Below, piece after piece: positions 21,146 to 31,324 of a stretch of DNA of 64,000 nucleotides (its first letter is position 1; every line of letters begins with the position of its first letter). Under the pieces are notes generated by a model. It saw only the letters and a list, made by a program, of their open reading frames with translations, had not been told where the DNA came from and did not search any database. Source of the DNA: Candidatus Levyibacteriota bacterium (lineage in GTDB: Bacteria; Patescibacteriota; Microgenomatia; Levybacterales; GWA1-39-11); assembly GCA_050255815.1 (NCBI GenBank), contig JBLMVJ010000014.1, forward strand, positions 36,728-100,727, written 5' to 3'. The position numbers and the translations under genes were made by a program.

Positions 21146-21234
21146 CATCTCGCCTCTAAAGGAAGATGCTCACGCAGCTTCAATTCATCAGTTATTTTCA
21201 TTAAAAAGAACGGTTTTCTTGAAGCGTTGTGTAG

Positions 21235-21639
21235 TTATCTTTTTTTAAATCGCCTTTGGTCTTCTGCTTCCATCATTATTTTAGCAATATCCTCTGCCAG
21301 TTCAGGAGCTCTGTCTTCCAATTCCGTCAACTGCTGAGAACAGAATTCTTGTGCATCTATATCCTCTGCCAGCTTTTGGGTTAATTGGGAAGCAAGGGCC
21401 CGTGTATAAAGGAACCTGTTATATCTTCTTCCTTCTGTTTCTGCCCCATATTGGAGGGCATAGACATTACTTACCAATTCTGAGAATACTAATTCTGGCG
21501 GAAGGTCCGCTGTTTTCATACCAGGGGTAGGGGAGAAATCATATTCATAAACACGGTGAGTGGGCGGAGGGGTTGGTTTGTCATAGACCGCGTGAAGTCT
21601 TGCAAGGAAGCCATTTTGCGGAAGTTCTTTTCCCCTCAT
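21235..21639 (-). CDS. Hypothetical protein
   Basis: ORF with TATAAT 6 nt before ATG 21639. Confidence 0.55.
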   Translation of the reverse strand: MRGKELPQNGFLARLHAVYDKPTPPPTHRVYEYDFSPTPGMKTADLPPELVFSELVSNVYALQYGAETEGRRYNRFLYTRALASQLTQKLAEDIDAQEFCSQQLTELEDRAPELAEDIAKIMMEAEDQRRFKKR

Positions 21640-21682
21640 GTGGGAATTATAGTGTTGGGAAAGAAAGAAAGCAAACTGCAAC

Positions 21683-22729
21683 CTATTGTTCTAAGACTTT
21701 AATGCCAGGCAGGTCTTTGCCGGACAGGAATTCCAGCATGGCACCGCCGCCGGTAGAAACAAAAGAAAACCTATCAAGCATATTGTGCTGCTTCAGAAGT
21801 GTCAGACTGTCCCCGCCGCCTACTACGGTATAAGCGCCGGAGTTAGCAATAGCTTCTGCAATCTTCAGGGTATTTGCTTCTGTTTCAGGATTTCCCATTT
21901 TCCCGACCGGCCCGTTCCATACTATGGTTTTGGCCAGCATAAAAATCTGGATAAAGTTTTCCGTATCTTTGGGGGTAATGTCCAGCCCGTCCTCAGTATT
22001 ATCAGCAACCAGGACAACACATTTATGGTCCCCTTGTTTTTCTTCCTGCACTCCCATAAGGATTTTATCCTGCTCTGCAATCTGTCCACCCACCAGTACA
22101 TAATCCGCTATTTTATGCATGGTTTCTACCATAGGCAGTTTGGTTTCAATCTTTGCGCCCCCTATAACAACTACTAACGGCCGTTCCGGATTTTCCAGAA
22201 TTTTTGAAAGGGTTGCAGTCTCTTCCTGGAGATGGAAGCCGGCATAAGAAGGAAGAATGGTGGGGATGCCGCTGATAGAGGCGTGATCCCTATGGGAAAC
22301 TGCAAAAGCCTCATTTACATAAACGTCTCCCAGTGCAGCCAGTTTCTTTACAAACTCTTCCCCTTTTTCCTCTTCTTCAGGGAAGAACCGTAGGTTTTCT
22401 ACCACAAACATATGGTCTGTGATTTTCCATCCGTTAAAATCCCCCAGTTTTGTCTCTTCTGTTACCCCATTAAATTTCTGGGCATACCATTTTGCTATAG
22501 GAAGCAGGGTAAATTCCGGGTTTTCTTTCCCATCAGGCCGTCCCAAGTGCCCCAGGATAACAACGGTTCCCTGGTGGTCTAAAATGTACCGGACGGTTTC
22601 CAAGCTGGAGGCAAGACGCGTGTCATCAGATATAACTTCTCCCTGCAGGTCTACGTCTGTATCTACGCGTACCAGGGCCTTCTTATTTTCAAAGGATGGT
22701 ACAGCTCCTATATTTTTTAACTCAGGCAT
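21683..22729 (-). CDS. pgk: Phosphoglycerate kinase
   Basis: GHLGRP, ENLRF, GGAK, WNGP, GGGDS, STGGGAMLE. Confidence 0.95.
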   Translation of the reverse strand: MPELKNIGAVPSFENKKALVRVDTDVDLQGEVISDDTRLASSLETVRYILDHQGTVVILGHLGRPDGKENPEFTLLPIAKWYAQKFNGVTEETKLGDFNGWKITDHMFVVENLRFFPEEEEKGEEFVKKLAALGDVYVNEAFAVSHRDHASISGIPTILPSYAGFHLQEETATLSKILENPERPLVVVIGGAKIETKLPMVETMHKIADYVLVGGQIAEQDKILMGVQEEKQGDHKCVVLVADNTEDGLDITPKDTENFIQIFMLAKTIVWNGPVGKMGNPETEANTLKIAEAIANSGAYTVVGGGDSLTLLKQHNMLDRFSFVSTGGGAMLEFLSGKDLPGIKVLEQ

Positions 22730-22767
22730 ACACTAGTTATACGGGAAAGAAAAAAAGTTTGCAAGCA

Positions 22768-25275
22768 TTAGCGGGCCAAAGCTGTAGTTCCCGGAGTAGG
22801 GGTGGGAGTTGTGGACGGCGGCATTATGCAGGAAGCCCCGGTATCTGTTCCCTGCAAAAAGTACACGTCTTTTCCATAACACGGTTTTTTTACTATATCG
22901 TCAGGGATGAGAAGCGGACCGTCAGTACTCTTGGAGATAATATTAGTCATGATCTTGTTCCACATAGGAGCAGCTCCCGTTATTCCTGATGCTAAAGCCT
23001 GGCTCATAGGACTATTGTCATTGTTTCCTACCCAGGTTGCGACTACTATATTTGGGGTAAAGCCTACGGTCCAGTTATCCCGTTTGCTGTCAGTAGTTCC
23101 GGTTTTAACGGAAACCCGGTGTCCGGGAATATTTAATGGGGAATTGGTCCCAAATTCTATGGAGCGTGCTGCGTTGTCTGACAGGATGTCAGAAATAATA
23201 AAAGCAACTCCCGGGTCTAATACCTGGGAAGGTTCAGGAGCTTTCTTATATATAGTGCTCCCATTTGCATCTTTAATTTCCAGGATTGGATTAGGGACAT
23301 TTTTTTTGCCGCCGTTTGCCACCGTAGAATAGACCGTTGCCAGATCAAGCATGCTGGTTTCAGCAGCCCCCAGGGTTATGGACAGGCCATACCGTTGGGG
23401 TTGGTTCCAACTGGTAATCCCCAGCCTTTGTCCCTGCTCCACAATATTTCCTACCCCCAGTTTTTGCGCAACCCGCACTGCAGTTATATTAAATGAGTTT
23501 GCAAAGGCAATCCGCAGCGGAACATTTCCATGGTTTCTCCCGTCATAGTTAACCGGCGTGTATGCCGGCCCCTGCGCCTGGGGGATGGAAAGAGGAGAAT
23601 CATCCAGAAGGGTAGTTTGGGTATATCCGGAAGAAAGTGCCAGGGAATAGGTTACTACTTTTATGGTAGAGCCGGGCTGGCGCAGGGCTGTAGTAAGGTT
23701 TACATTCCCGTCATGTTCCATGTCAAAATAATCCCGAGACCCTACCATTGCAAGGATGTCACCGTTTCTGGGATCTAAAATTAAAGAAGACCCATTTGAA
23801 ATATTCAGGGACGCATCTGCGTCTACCTCAGATGAAACTACCTGTTCTGCCATATCCTGCATCTGGGAATCTAAGGTGGTTTTTACCTGCAATCCTCCGC
23901 GCTCCACTTCAGAGAGGCCATAGCGCTGCTCTAAAAGACTTTTAACATACATCACAAAATGAGGAGCCTTTATAATGTTATTAGGTCCGGTAAACGTAAG
24001 CTGGGTGGAGAGCGCATCCTGTTCCTGAGAGGAAGAGATGTAATGCTCTTGTGCCATTGCATCCAGCACATCCTTTTGCCGTTTTTTCCATGCATCAGCA
24101 TACTCTGAATAAGGGGAGTAAATACTAGGAGCGCGTGGCAGTCCTGCTAAAAAGGCAGATTCTGCCAGATTTAATTCTTCAACGTGTTTTCCAAAGTACA
24201 CTTCTGAAGCTGCTTCCACACCCCATGCAGTCCCGCCATAGGGAACATAGTTAAAGTACAGCTCCAATATCTTGTCCTTGTTGTAGATACGCTCAGTCCA
24301 GAAGGCCAGGACCAGTTCCTTCACTTTCCTGCTGATTGACGGCTCTGATGTTAAGAGTGAGGATTTTACCAGCTGCTGGGTAATGGTTGAGCCTCCCTGG
24401 AATTCATTGTTCGTAGCATCAGACACCAGTGCACGCATTATTCCCCTGATATCAAACCCGGGATGGGTGTAAAAGTCGCGGTCTTCTATGGCTATAGTTG
24501 CATTCCTGAGGTTTTGAGGGATTTTAGACAGCGGTACGATAGTCCGGTTCTGGTTTGCAAAAATCTCATACAGGAGTTTTCCGTTCCGGTCAAATATTTT
24601 TGTTGTTTTTGGGATGGTGCTGACGGAAAGTGTGGAAGGGTTGGGAAGGTCCGTTAAAAAGATAAGGGCAAGTAGCGGGAGGAAGATGAAAAATGCAGCA
24701 AAAACAGCTCCCCACAGAAATACTTTAATAACAAAAAAGATACTGGGTTTTTTTTCTGCCCGTTTGCGCTCTTCCTCAATTTCTTTCAGGTGCTCTTGTT
24801 CTTTTGCAAAAATTGCTCGTGATTTTTTATCCAGCCGGTAAAAAGCAAATAATGGGTACGTGATAACTTTAAGAAGCAATAAGGCGGTTTGTATGAGAAA
24901 GAGTAGGAAGTCAAATAAAACACCTGTTATGAGAAGTGCAGCTTTCAATAGGGCATAGCTGGTCTTGTATGTTTCCCGCCATGTCTTTTTGCCCGTTTTT
25001 TTTACCATCATCATCTGCCAGTTTTTAGGCTTAGGGGCTTTATATAGGACGCGCTTTTTTTTGATAGGTTTTACCAGGTGAAACGAGATGTTAAAGTTTC
25101 TAAAAAAAAAGAGGGGCCTCCAGTTTGCAGAAGGCTTTTTAATACGTTTTTTCTTCAGGGAAGAAACTTGTTTTTGGAGAAGCAGTTTGGGAAGGGTGAG
25201 TAAAAAAAGCACACTGTCCCCGATCTTTATTAAGACCAGGACCAGCCAAAATATAAGTACTTTTAATGTGTTCAT
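22768..25275 (-). CDS. Class A penicillin-binding protein (second paralog)
   Basis: EDRDFY, GGSTITQQL, STIK, SFN, KTGT; long basic N-terminus. Confidence 0.93.
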   Translation of the reverse strand: MNTLKVLIFWLVLVLIKIGDSVLFLLTLPKLLLQKQVSSLKKKRIKKPSANWRPLFFFRNFNISFHLVKPIKKKRVLYKAPKPKNWQMMMVKKTGKKTWRETYKTSYALLKAALLITGVLFDFLLFLIQTALLLLKVITYPLFAFYRLDKKSRAIFAKEQEHLKEIEEERKRAEKKPSIFFVIKVFLWGAVFAAFFIFLPLLALIFLTDLPNPSTLSVSTIPKTTKIFDRNGKLLYEIFANQNRTIVPLSKIPQNLRNATIAIEDRDFYTHPGFDIRGIMRALVSDATNNEFQGGSTITQQLVKSSLLTSEPSISRKVKELVLAFWTERIYNKDKILELYFNYVPYGGTAWGVEAASEVYFGKHVEELNLAESAFLAGLPRAPSIYSPYSEYADAWKKRQKDVLDAMAQEHYISSSQEQDALSTQLTFTGPNNIIKAPHFVMYVKSLLEQRYGLSEVERGGLQVKTTLDSQMQDMAEQVVSSEVDADASLNISNGSSLILDPRNGDILAMVGSRDYFDMEHDGNVNLTTALRQPGSTIKVVTYSLALSSGYTQTTLLDDSPLSIPQAQGPAYTPVNYDGRNHGNVPLRIAFANSFNITAVRVAQKLGVGNIVEQGQRLGITSWNQPQRYGLSITLGAAETSMLDLATVYSTVANGGKKNVPNPILEIKDANGSTIYKKAPEPSQVLDPGVAFIISDILSDNAARSIEFGTNSPLNIPGHRVSVKTGTTDSKRDNWTVGFTPNIVVATWVGNNDNSPMSQALASGITGAAPMWNKIMTNIISKSTDGPLLIPDDIVKKPCYGKDVYFLQGTDTGASCIMPPSTTPTPTPGTTALAR

Positions 25276-25446
25276 GCCAGTATTTTATCTTCCGATAATC
25301 TCGGTACAAAAAGTCTAGGATAAAACCAGGGGATTCAAAGTGATTATAGCCTTGCTGCTGAGTTTTCACAAGAGGGAAATCATGCCTGATAAAAAGAAGG
25401 GAAAACATTGCATTTAGGCAAAAATCTAGGATACAATTAAATTGCT

Positions 25447-26421
25447 ATGAAAACTCTCACCATAGGATCATGTGATATAGATGTTTTTATAACTCCTATG
25501 CTTTCTTCTTCCCTTACCCAGACAGACACTGACGTTTCTTTCCGTTTGGGTGATAAAGTACCTATTAATATAAACGGCATGTATCTGGGGGGAAACGGAT
25601 CTAATGTTTCCGTAGGGTTGAAGCGCTTAGGTATGGAAAGTTATTTCTACTCTTTTTTTGGCAATGACCTGTTCTCCCACCTGATCCATGATTCTATAGA
25701 TAAAGAGGGGGTAACGTTAATAAATCATGACGGACTGGGCGATAACACTTCAGTATCCTTAATATTTGATTTTGACCATGACCGGGTGATTTTTTCCCAC
25801 CATGATACCAGGGAGCATAAATTTAACCCCTCAACAGTTGATCGGTATGACGCCATGTACCTTACTTCCATAGGAAAAGAATGGGTGGGCGCCTATAAAG
25901 AAATATTAACCTTTATCCATGCCAGCAGTATGATGGTAGCGTTTTCTCCGGGTTCTCCCCAGTTTGCAGATTTGCAGGATGTGGTTTATGAAATTATTGC
26001 AGCCTCACAGCTGATATTTGTGAATAAGGAAGAAGGGGAAAAACTTCTGGCAAAAAAAGGGGAAACTGCAACAGACGTAAAAGACCTGCTGGTGAAATTA
26101 TCAAAAATGGGCCCCCCCACCGTTTCTGTAACAGACGGAAAAGAAGGTGCGTACGCATATAGAGACGGTTCATTTTATTTTTCCAAACCTTTTGATACAC
26201 AGGCGCAGACTATTGATAAAACCGGTGCCGGGGACTCCTATGCCGCAGGTTTTTTTGCAGCCCTTCTTCTGGGCAAGGATATCAAAGAGGCTATGAGATG
26301 GGGTTTAGTCAATTCAAATTCAGTGATGCAGAAAGTTGGGGCTGAGCCGGGACTATTAACGCCGGATACTTTAGAAGCCCAGATTTCCTCACATGCGGAC
26401 TTCCAGATAGATAGTATTTGA
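25447..26421 (+). CDS. PfkB-family carbohydrate kinase
   Basis: GGNGSNV, NKEE, DKTGAGDSY. Confidence 0.9.
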   Translation: MKTLTIGSCDIDVFITPMLSSSLTQTDTDVSFRLGDKVPININGMYLGGNGSNVSVGLKRLGMESYFYSFFGNDLFSHLIHDSIDKEGVTLINHDGLGDNTSVSLIFDFDHDRVIFSHHDTREHKFNPSTVDRYDAMYLTSIGKEWVGAYKEILTFIHASSMMVAFSPGSPQFADLQDVVYEIIAASQLIFVNKEEGEKLLAKKGETATDVKDLLVKLSKMGPPTVSVTDGKEGAYAYRDGSFYFSKPFDTQAQTIDKTGAGDSYAAGFFAALLLGKDIKEAMRWGLVNSNSVMQKVGAEPGLLTPDTLEAQISSHADFQIDSI

Positions 26422-26526
26422 CTTATCCTTTCGTACCTAATTCCAGGGGTATAACTTTTCCTGAGTTCCAATAGAACACCATAGTTGCAAATGAGAGCAA
26501 GAAAAGTATATAACTAGTAGATACAG

Positions 26527-27393
26527 ATGTTAACACTTCATGAACTTCATCTAAAAGCAAAACAAGAAGGTTGGGCGGTTCCTCATTTTAATTTTTCTTC
26601 CCTGGCACAGCTGAATGGCGTTATAGATGCTGCAAAAAAACTTAATGCGCCTATACTTTTGGGGACCTCTGAGGGAGAACGGAAATTTGTAGGCCTGAAG
26701 CAGGCAGTTGGCCTTGCAAAAAGTTTCCGGGAAGAAGGACTCCCTGTGTATTTAAACGCAGACCATACCCATAGCGTTGAAGCGGCTATGGCAGCTTTTG
26801 ACGCAGGATATGACTCTATCCATATAGACCTTTCAAAACTCCCGTTTAGAGAAAATATAGAGGGCACTAAAAAAGTAGTGGATTACGTAAAAAGTAAAAA
26901 TCCGGAAGTTGAAGTAGAGGCAGAGCTGGGGTATTTGGTTACCGATTCTTCAAAAATATATAATGAGGTTATTGAAATTCCGGAAGAGTCTTACACAAAA
27001 GTAGAAGAAGCGGTTGAATTTGTTAGTGAAACGCATATAGACCGGTTTGCCCCGGCCGTAGGGAACATGCACGGTATTGCCTTAAATGATAAGGTCATTA
27101 AATTTGATTTGATTGAAAAATTGAGGGAAGCCCTGCCAAAAGACCTTACTTTTACTATTCATGGCGGTTCAGGAATCCATGATGAGGATATAAAAAAGAT
27201 GGTGCAGATGGGCTTTAATAATGTACATATTTCTACAGAGCTGAGAAAAGCGTACACTGATGCCCTCAGAAAGAGCCTTTCTGAGAAACCGGAAGAATTA
27301 TCCCCGCAAGTATATGAGGCTCCTGCCCGCGCCGCTGCCGCAGAACTGGCAGAAGGAAAGATGCGGCTTTACAACACGGTAAATGTTCTGTAA
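26527..27393 (+). CDS. fba: Class II fructose-bisphosphate aldolase
   Basis: NADH, VEAELG, GNMHG, HGGSG. Confidence 0.9.
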   Translation: MLTLHELHLKAKQEGWAVPHFNFSSLAQLNGVIDAAKKLNAPILLGTSEGERKFVGLKQAVGLAKSFREEGLPVYLNADHTHSVEAAMAAFDAGYDSIHIDLSKLPFRENIEGTKKVVDYVKSKNPEVEVEAELGYLVTDSSKIYNEVIEIPEESYTKVEEAVEFVSETHIDRFAPAVGNMHGIALNDKVIKFDLIEKLREALPKDLTFTIHGGSGIHDEDIKKMVQMGFNNVHISTELRKAYTDALRKSLSEKPEELSPQVYEAPARAAAAELAEGKMRLYNTVNVL

Positions 27394-27399
27394 TACACT

Positions 27400-27900
27400 A
27401 TGCAAATCTTCTTAGCAAATGACCATACCGGAGTGGAATACAAGAATGAAGTAAAAAACTTTCTGCAGCAAAAAGGCTATGAAGTAGAAGATTGCGGAGC
27501 CTACACCTTTGATAAAGATGATGACTATCCGGATTTTATCAGCAAGGCAGCCCAGGGTGTTTCAAAAAATCCCGGAGCGGTAGGGTTTATCTTTGGCGGG
27601 TCAGGCCAGGGGGAGCAAATGGTTGCCAATAAATTTAAAGGAGTACGCTGTGCTCTTTTTTACTCTCCGGCAAAAGCAACAGACTCTATAGATATTAGCG
27701 GTAACACCAGTGATGACCCCTTTGAGATTATTAAATTGACCCGCATCCATAATAATGCCAATATGCTTTCCTTTGGCGTACGGTTTTTATCAAAAGAAAC
27801 CGTGCTAACAGCAATTGATATTTTTCTCACTACTGAATTTTCTAAAGAAGAGCGCCATCTGCGGCGCGTTGATAAAATTGCAAAACTGGAAGAAGAATAG
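27400..27900 (+). CDS. rpiB: Ribose-5-phosphate isomerase B
   Basis: DH, DDYPD, GGSGQGEQMVANK, HNNAN, RHLRR. Confidence 0.92.
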   Translation: MQIFLANDHTGVEYKNEVKNFLQQKGYEVEDCGAYTFDKDDDYPDFISKAAQGVSKNPGAVGFIFGGSGQGEQMVANKFKGVRCALFYSPAKATDSIDISGNTSDDPFEIIKLTRIHNNANMLSFGVRFLSKETVLTAIDIFLTTEFSKEERHLRRVDKIAKLEEE

Positions 27901-27902
27901 TG

Positions 27903-28565
27903 ATGGAATTAGCAGAAGAAGAATTAATACATGAGATTGCAGTTGGTGTTTTAGAAAAAGAATGGAGTGAGATTGAGAAAAAACTCACCGCTGCAAAAGG
28001 TTTTGCAAAAACTATCCATGTAGATCTTCTGGACGGGAAATTTGCACAGAATACTTCCTTTCAAGACCCCAAACCGTTTGAAGCATTTTCAAAAGATTTG
28101 TTTTTAGAGCTGCATATGATGGTAGAGGACCCTATTAAATATGTGGAGCCGTTTGGAAAAGCAGGTTTCCAACGGTTTATAGGGCATATAGAGAAAATGC
28201 CAAACATCAGTGAATTTATTGCGTTAGCCCAGGTGTACGGGGAAGTAGGTTTGGCAATAGATGGGCCCACGGATATAGAAGTTTTAGAGAAAGTAAATTT
28301 AGAAGACCTGGATTGCGTGTTAATTTATACGTGTGAGAAAGTTGGGTTTGCCGGACCGCCATTTGACCCCAATAAGCTTACAAAGGTACGTGCGCTGCGG
28401 GAGCGGACGCAGATTCCTATAGAGGTTGACGGCGGTATGAAAGATACGACTATTTTATTTGCCAGAAATGCCGGGGCTAATAGGTTTGTTGCAACCAGTT
28501 TTATTTGGGGATCTGAAAACCCCAAAGAAGCGTATGAGAAACTAGTCCGTGAAGTTACCTCCTAA
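27903..28565 (+). CDS. rpe: Ribulose-phosphate 3-epimerase
   Basis: HVDLLDG, LHMMV, GFAG, IEVDGG. Confidence 0.9.
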   Translation: MELAEEELIHEIAVGVLEKEWSEIEKKLTAAKGFAKTIHVDLLDGKFAQNTSFQDPKPFEAFSKDLFLELHMMVEDPIKYVEPFGKAGFQRFIGHIEKMPNISEFIALAQVYGEVGLAIDGPTDIEVLEKVNLEDLDCVLIYTCEKVGFAGPPFDPNKLTKVRALRERTQIPIEVDGGMKDTTILFARNAGANRFVATSFIWGSENPKEAYEKLVREVTS

Positions 28566-30085
28566 TCAGTTGTTTTCGGTCTATACTGTAAAGCCTCGAG
28601 GACGTGTGCCGTTTCTACGGTTTCTTTTCCTGCTAAATCTGCTATGGTTTGGGCAACCTTGATTACCTTGTGGTAGGAGCGGGCGGATAAACCCAGACTT
28701 GAAACCGCATTTTTTAAAATATCCCTGGCATCTTCTTCGATTTGTATTAAATGCTTAATATCTTTTGCTGACATTTCTGTGTTGCTGACTATCCTCTTTC
28801 CGGTAAAACGTTTCAGCTGTTTTTTGCGTGCTTTCTCAACCCGTTTTCTAACACTGTCCGAGCTTTCTCCTTCTTCATCCGAGTTATCTGTAATTTTTTT
28901 AACATCTACTGCCGGTACGTCTATATGAATATCTATGCGGTCCAGAAGTGGTCCTGAGACCCGCTTTTGGTATTTAAGTATCTGCAGAGTAGTGCAGCTG
29001 CATGAACGTGTCCTGTCTCCATAATATCCGCAGGGGCAGGGGTTTGCAGCGGCTATGAGCATAAAGCGGCTGGGGAAATTCACCCGCTCCCTGGCCCGTG
29101 AAATAACTACTTTCCCGTCTTCCATGGGTTGGCGGAGCGCTTCCAATACATGACGGGGGTATTCAGGAAACTCGTCTAAAAACAAGACTCCCCGGTGCGC
29201 CAGAGAAACTTCACCGGGCTTTGGATTCGCGCTGCCTCCAATCAAACCTATGTGGGAAGTGGTATGGTGGGGAGAGCGGAAGGGGCGCTGTTTCATAATA
29301 GTATGGGAAGAAAGTAGCCCTGAAATGCTGTAAATTTTAGTTACTTCCAGCGCCTCGTCAAACGTTAGACTTGGCAGGATGCTTGGAACTGTCCTGGCTA
29401 TTAACGTCTTTCCCGCACCCGGTGGTCCCTTGAGTAAAATATTATGTCCGCCGGCAACCGCTACCTCTACGGCACGCTTTACAAACTCCTGTCCTTTAAT
29501 GTCTTTCAAATCAAAATCATACAGCTCTTCCGTTTCAAGATCTTCAAAAGCCATATGTTTCAGGGGCTCTATTAATTTCTCTCCGGACAAATGAAGAAAA
29601 ACTTGCCGCAAGTTTTTTGCCGGGTAGATAGTAATGCCTTTGACTATGGATGCTTCAGGTGCATTCTCTTCAGGAATAAAAACGGATTCCAGTTTCTTTT
29701 CGAGCGCTAATAAAACGGTCGATAGTACACCCTTGGTATGGCGAAGTGATCCGTCCAAAGAAAGCTCGCCTATGAATATTGACTTGCTCAGGTCGCATCT
29801 CAGTTGCTCGGACGCTGATAAAATAGATATAGAAATTGGCAAGTCGAATGACGGTCCTTCCTTAGGAAGATCTCCCGGTGCCAGGTTAACCGTAATCCGT
29901 TTTGGCGGAATTTCTGCGCCGGTATTTTTTAAAGCAGAGCGAACCCGCTCTTTTGATTCCTCAACCGCTTTATCAGGTAAACCTACTACGGTAAAAACCG
30001 GCAGTCCGTTTAAAATGTCAGTTTCTACCTCAACCAGCACGCCATCAAGGCCAACCACTGCACAGGATAAAACTTTAGCAAACAT
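28562..30085 (-). CDS. comM: ComM/YifB family AAA+ ATPase
   Basis: VGLPD, NLAP, GPPGAGKT, RPFRSPHH, FLDE, NPCPCG, SGPLLDRID. Confidence 0.93.
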   Translation of the reverse strand: MFAKVLSCAVVGLDGVLVEVETDILNGLPVFTVVGLPDKAVEESKERVRSALKNTGAEIPPKRITVNLAPGDLPKEGPSFDLPISISILSASEQLRCDLSKSIFIGELSLDGSLRHTKGVLSTVLLALEKKLESVFIPEENAPEASIVKGITIYPAKNLRQVFLHLSGEKLIEPLKHMAFEDLETEELYDFDLKDIKGQEFVKRAVEVAVAGGHNILLKGPPGAGKTLIARTVPSILPSLTFDEALEVTKIYSISGLLSSHTIMKQRPFRSPHHTTSHIGLIGGSANPKPGEVSLAHRGVLFLDEFPEYPRHVLEALRQPMEDGKVVISRARERVNFPSRFMLIAAANPCPCGYYGDRTRSCSCTTLQILKYQKRVSGPLLDRIDIHIDVPAVDVKKITDNSDEEGESSDSVRKRVEKARKKQLKRFTGKRIVSNTEMSAKDIKHLIQIEEDARDILKNAVSSLGLSARSYHKVIKVAQTIADLAGKETVETAHVLEALQYRPKTTD

Positions 30086-30090
30086 AGGTT

Positions 30091-30125
30091 AGTATTAAGT
30101 ATCCAGTATCTAGTATTAAGGATAA
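30091..30125. repeat. Period-7 tandem array upstream of comM
   Basis: agtatta agtatcc agtatct agtatta aggataa. Confidence 0.65.
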
Positions 30126-30154
30126 GAGGAGAACTATCAAGTATTTCTCAGGAA

Positions 30155-30832
30155 TTATTCCGAGAGGGGGTAGAGAGTTCTGAAGTAGTCCAGAGCAACT
30201 TCAGCTCCTGCTGTGGCAAACTCGGGAACCTCAGTAAACCCAAGAAGTTCTTGAATATAAGGGTCTTGAGGGTTTTTTAATCTTCCTATGAAATCTTCCA
30301 ATACTTTAATGCCAGAAGGATCTTCTTCCAGTAAGGAAGCACAACGCTTCTCCTCATCCTTAATGCTCAAAAATGTTTCAGTTTGTTCTGCTAATGATGG
30401 GATCTGGTCATCAGTAAGCAAATTAACAGTCTCATCAAAAAATTCGTTTGTCCTCTTTGCACTGGAGATTTCAGCAAAAGCAATTCTTCCTAATGTGTTA
30501 GCAAACCCAAAAGCTGCATCATAAGACATAATAAATAAGGCAAGATTTTCTTGGTCAAATGCTTTTTCTACAAATCCTTCCATAAAATCATCCAAGAAGT
30601 TTTCGACAAGGAAGTTAGCGCATGCGCCAGGCCGGGATAAACCTCTTGCAATATCGTCTGCAAGAATTGTTTTCATTGCCTGCACCCCTTCTTCTTCAGG
30701 AGGAAGGCCACCTTCCATCACATCTCTTATCATGACAACCGCCTTTGTCCTAATATCCGGCTTGAAGACAGAGCCCTCGTTGGATATTTTTGCTCTTTCT
30801 CTATGAAGACCAATAGCTCTTTCAGCTTTCAT
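30155..30832 (-). CDS. Hypothetical acidic protein
   Basis: 225-aa ORF; TGcTATAAT 8 nt before ATG. Confidence 0.65.
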   Translation of the reverse strand: MKAERAIGLHRERAKISNEGSVFKPDIRTKAVVMIRDVMEGGLPPEEEGVQAMKTILADDIARGLSRPGACANFLVENFLDDFMEGFVEKAFDQENLALFIMSYDAAFGFANTLGRIAFAEISSAKRTNEFFDETVNLLTDDQIPSLAEQTETFLSIKDEEKRCASLLEEDPSGIKVLEDFIGRLKNPQDPYIQELLGFTEVPEFATAGAEVALDYFRTLYPLSE

Positions 30833-30884
30833 AACCTGGGATTATAGCACTTTTCCCTAAGCCAATCTTACGAGTACTATTTTA

Positions 30885-31250
30885 TTAAGATTCGGAGGGA
30901 GTGGAGGTCTGTTCTTGGACAAGATAGGCAAAATTTCCTTTTTCGAGCCAGCCTTTGTCTCTGTCATAGAAATATTCATGATTAACAATGGCATCAGCAT
31001 TCACTAGAACCGCGTCCTTCACAATATCCCTTCTTTCAGGACTTATATCTCGCACAAATTTTCCTTTTGTTTCCTTAGGTTTATCTTCAGAAGTTTTGGG
31101 GACTATATATTTTCTCCCGGTAGTTTCTTCGAGTTGTTCAGCAGTAAGACCAGTGACTAGAACTCTTCGCGCCTTTCTCCTAAAGTCAGCCTCCGCAGTT
31201 GTTCTAATCATTCTTTCTCTAGCCCTTCTGGCGTTCCATGCTTCTAACAT
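30885..31250 (-). CDS. Hypothetical protein
   Basis: 121-aa ORF, no recognised motif. Confidence 0.5.
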   Translation of the reverse strand: MLEAWNARRARERMIRTTAEADFRRKARRVLVTGLTAEQLEETTGRKYIVPKTSEDKPKETKGKFVRDISPERRDIVKDAVLVNADAIVNHEYFYDRDKGWLEKGNFAYLVQEQTSTPSES

Positions 31251-31324
31251 AAGGCTAGTATAAGTCTGAAGATAACCCTTTTCAAGTAAGAGTGTAGGTT
31301 GGAGGGGTATGCTACAATAGGGCG

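Noticed and set aside
21143-21233. Two imperfect hairpins between convergent genes as an ncRNA
   Set aside because: Weak pairing and no promoter; more simply a termination region.
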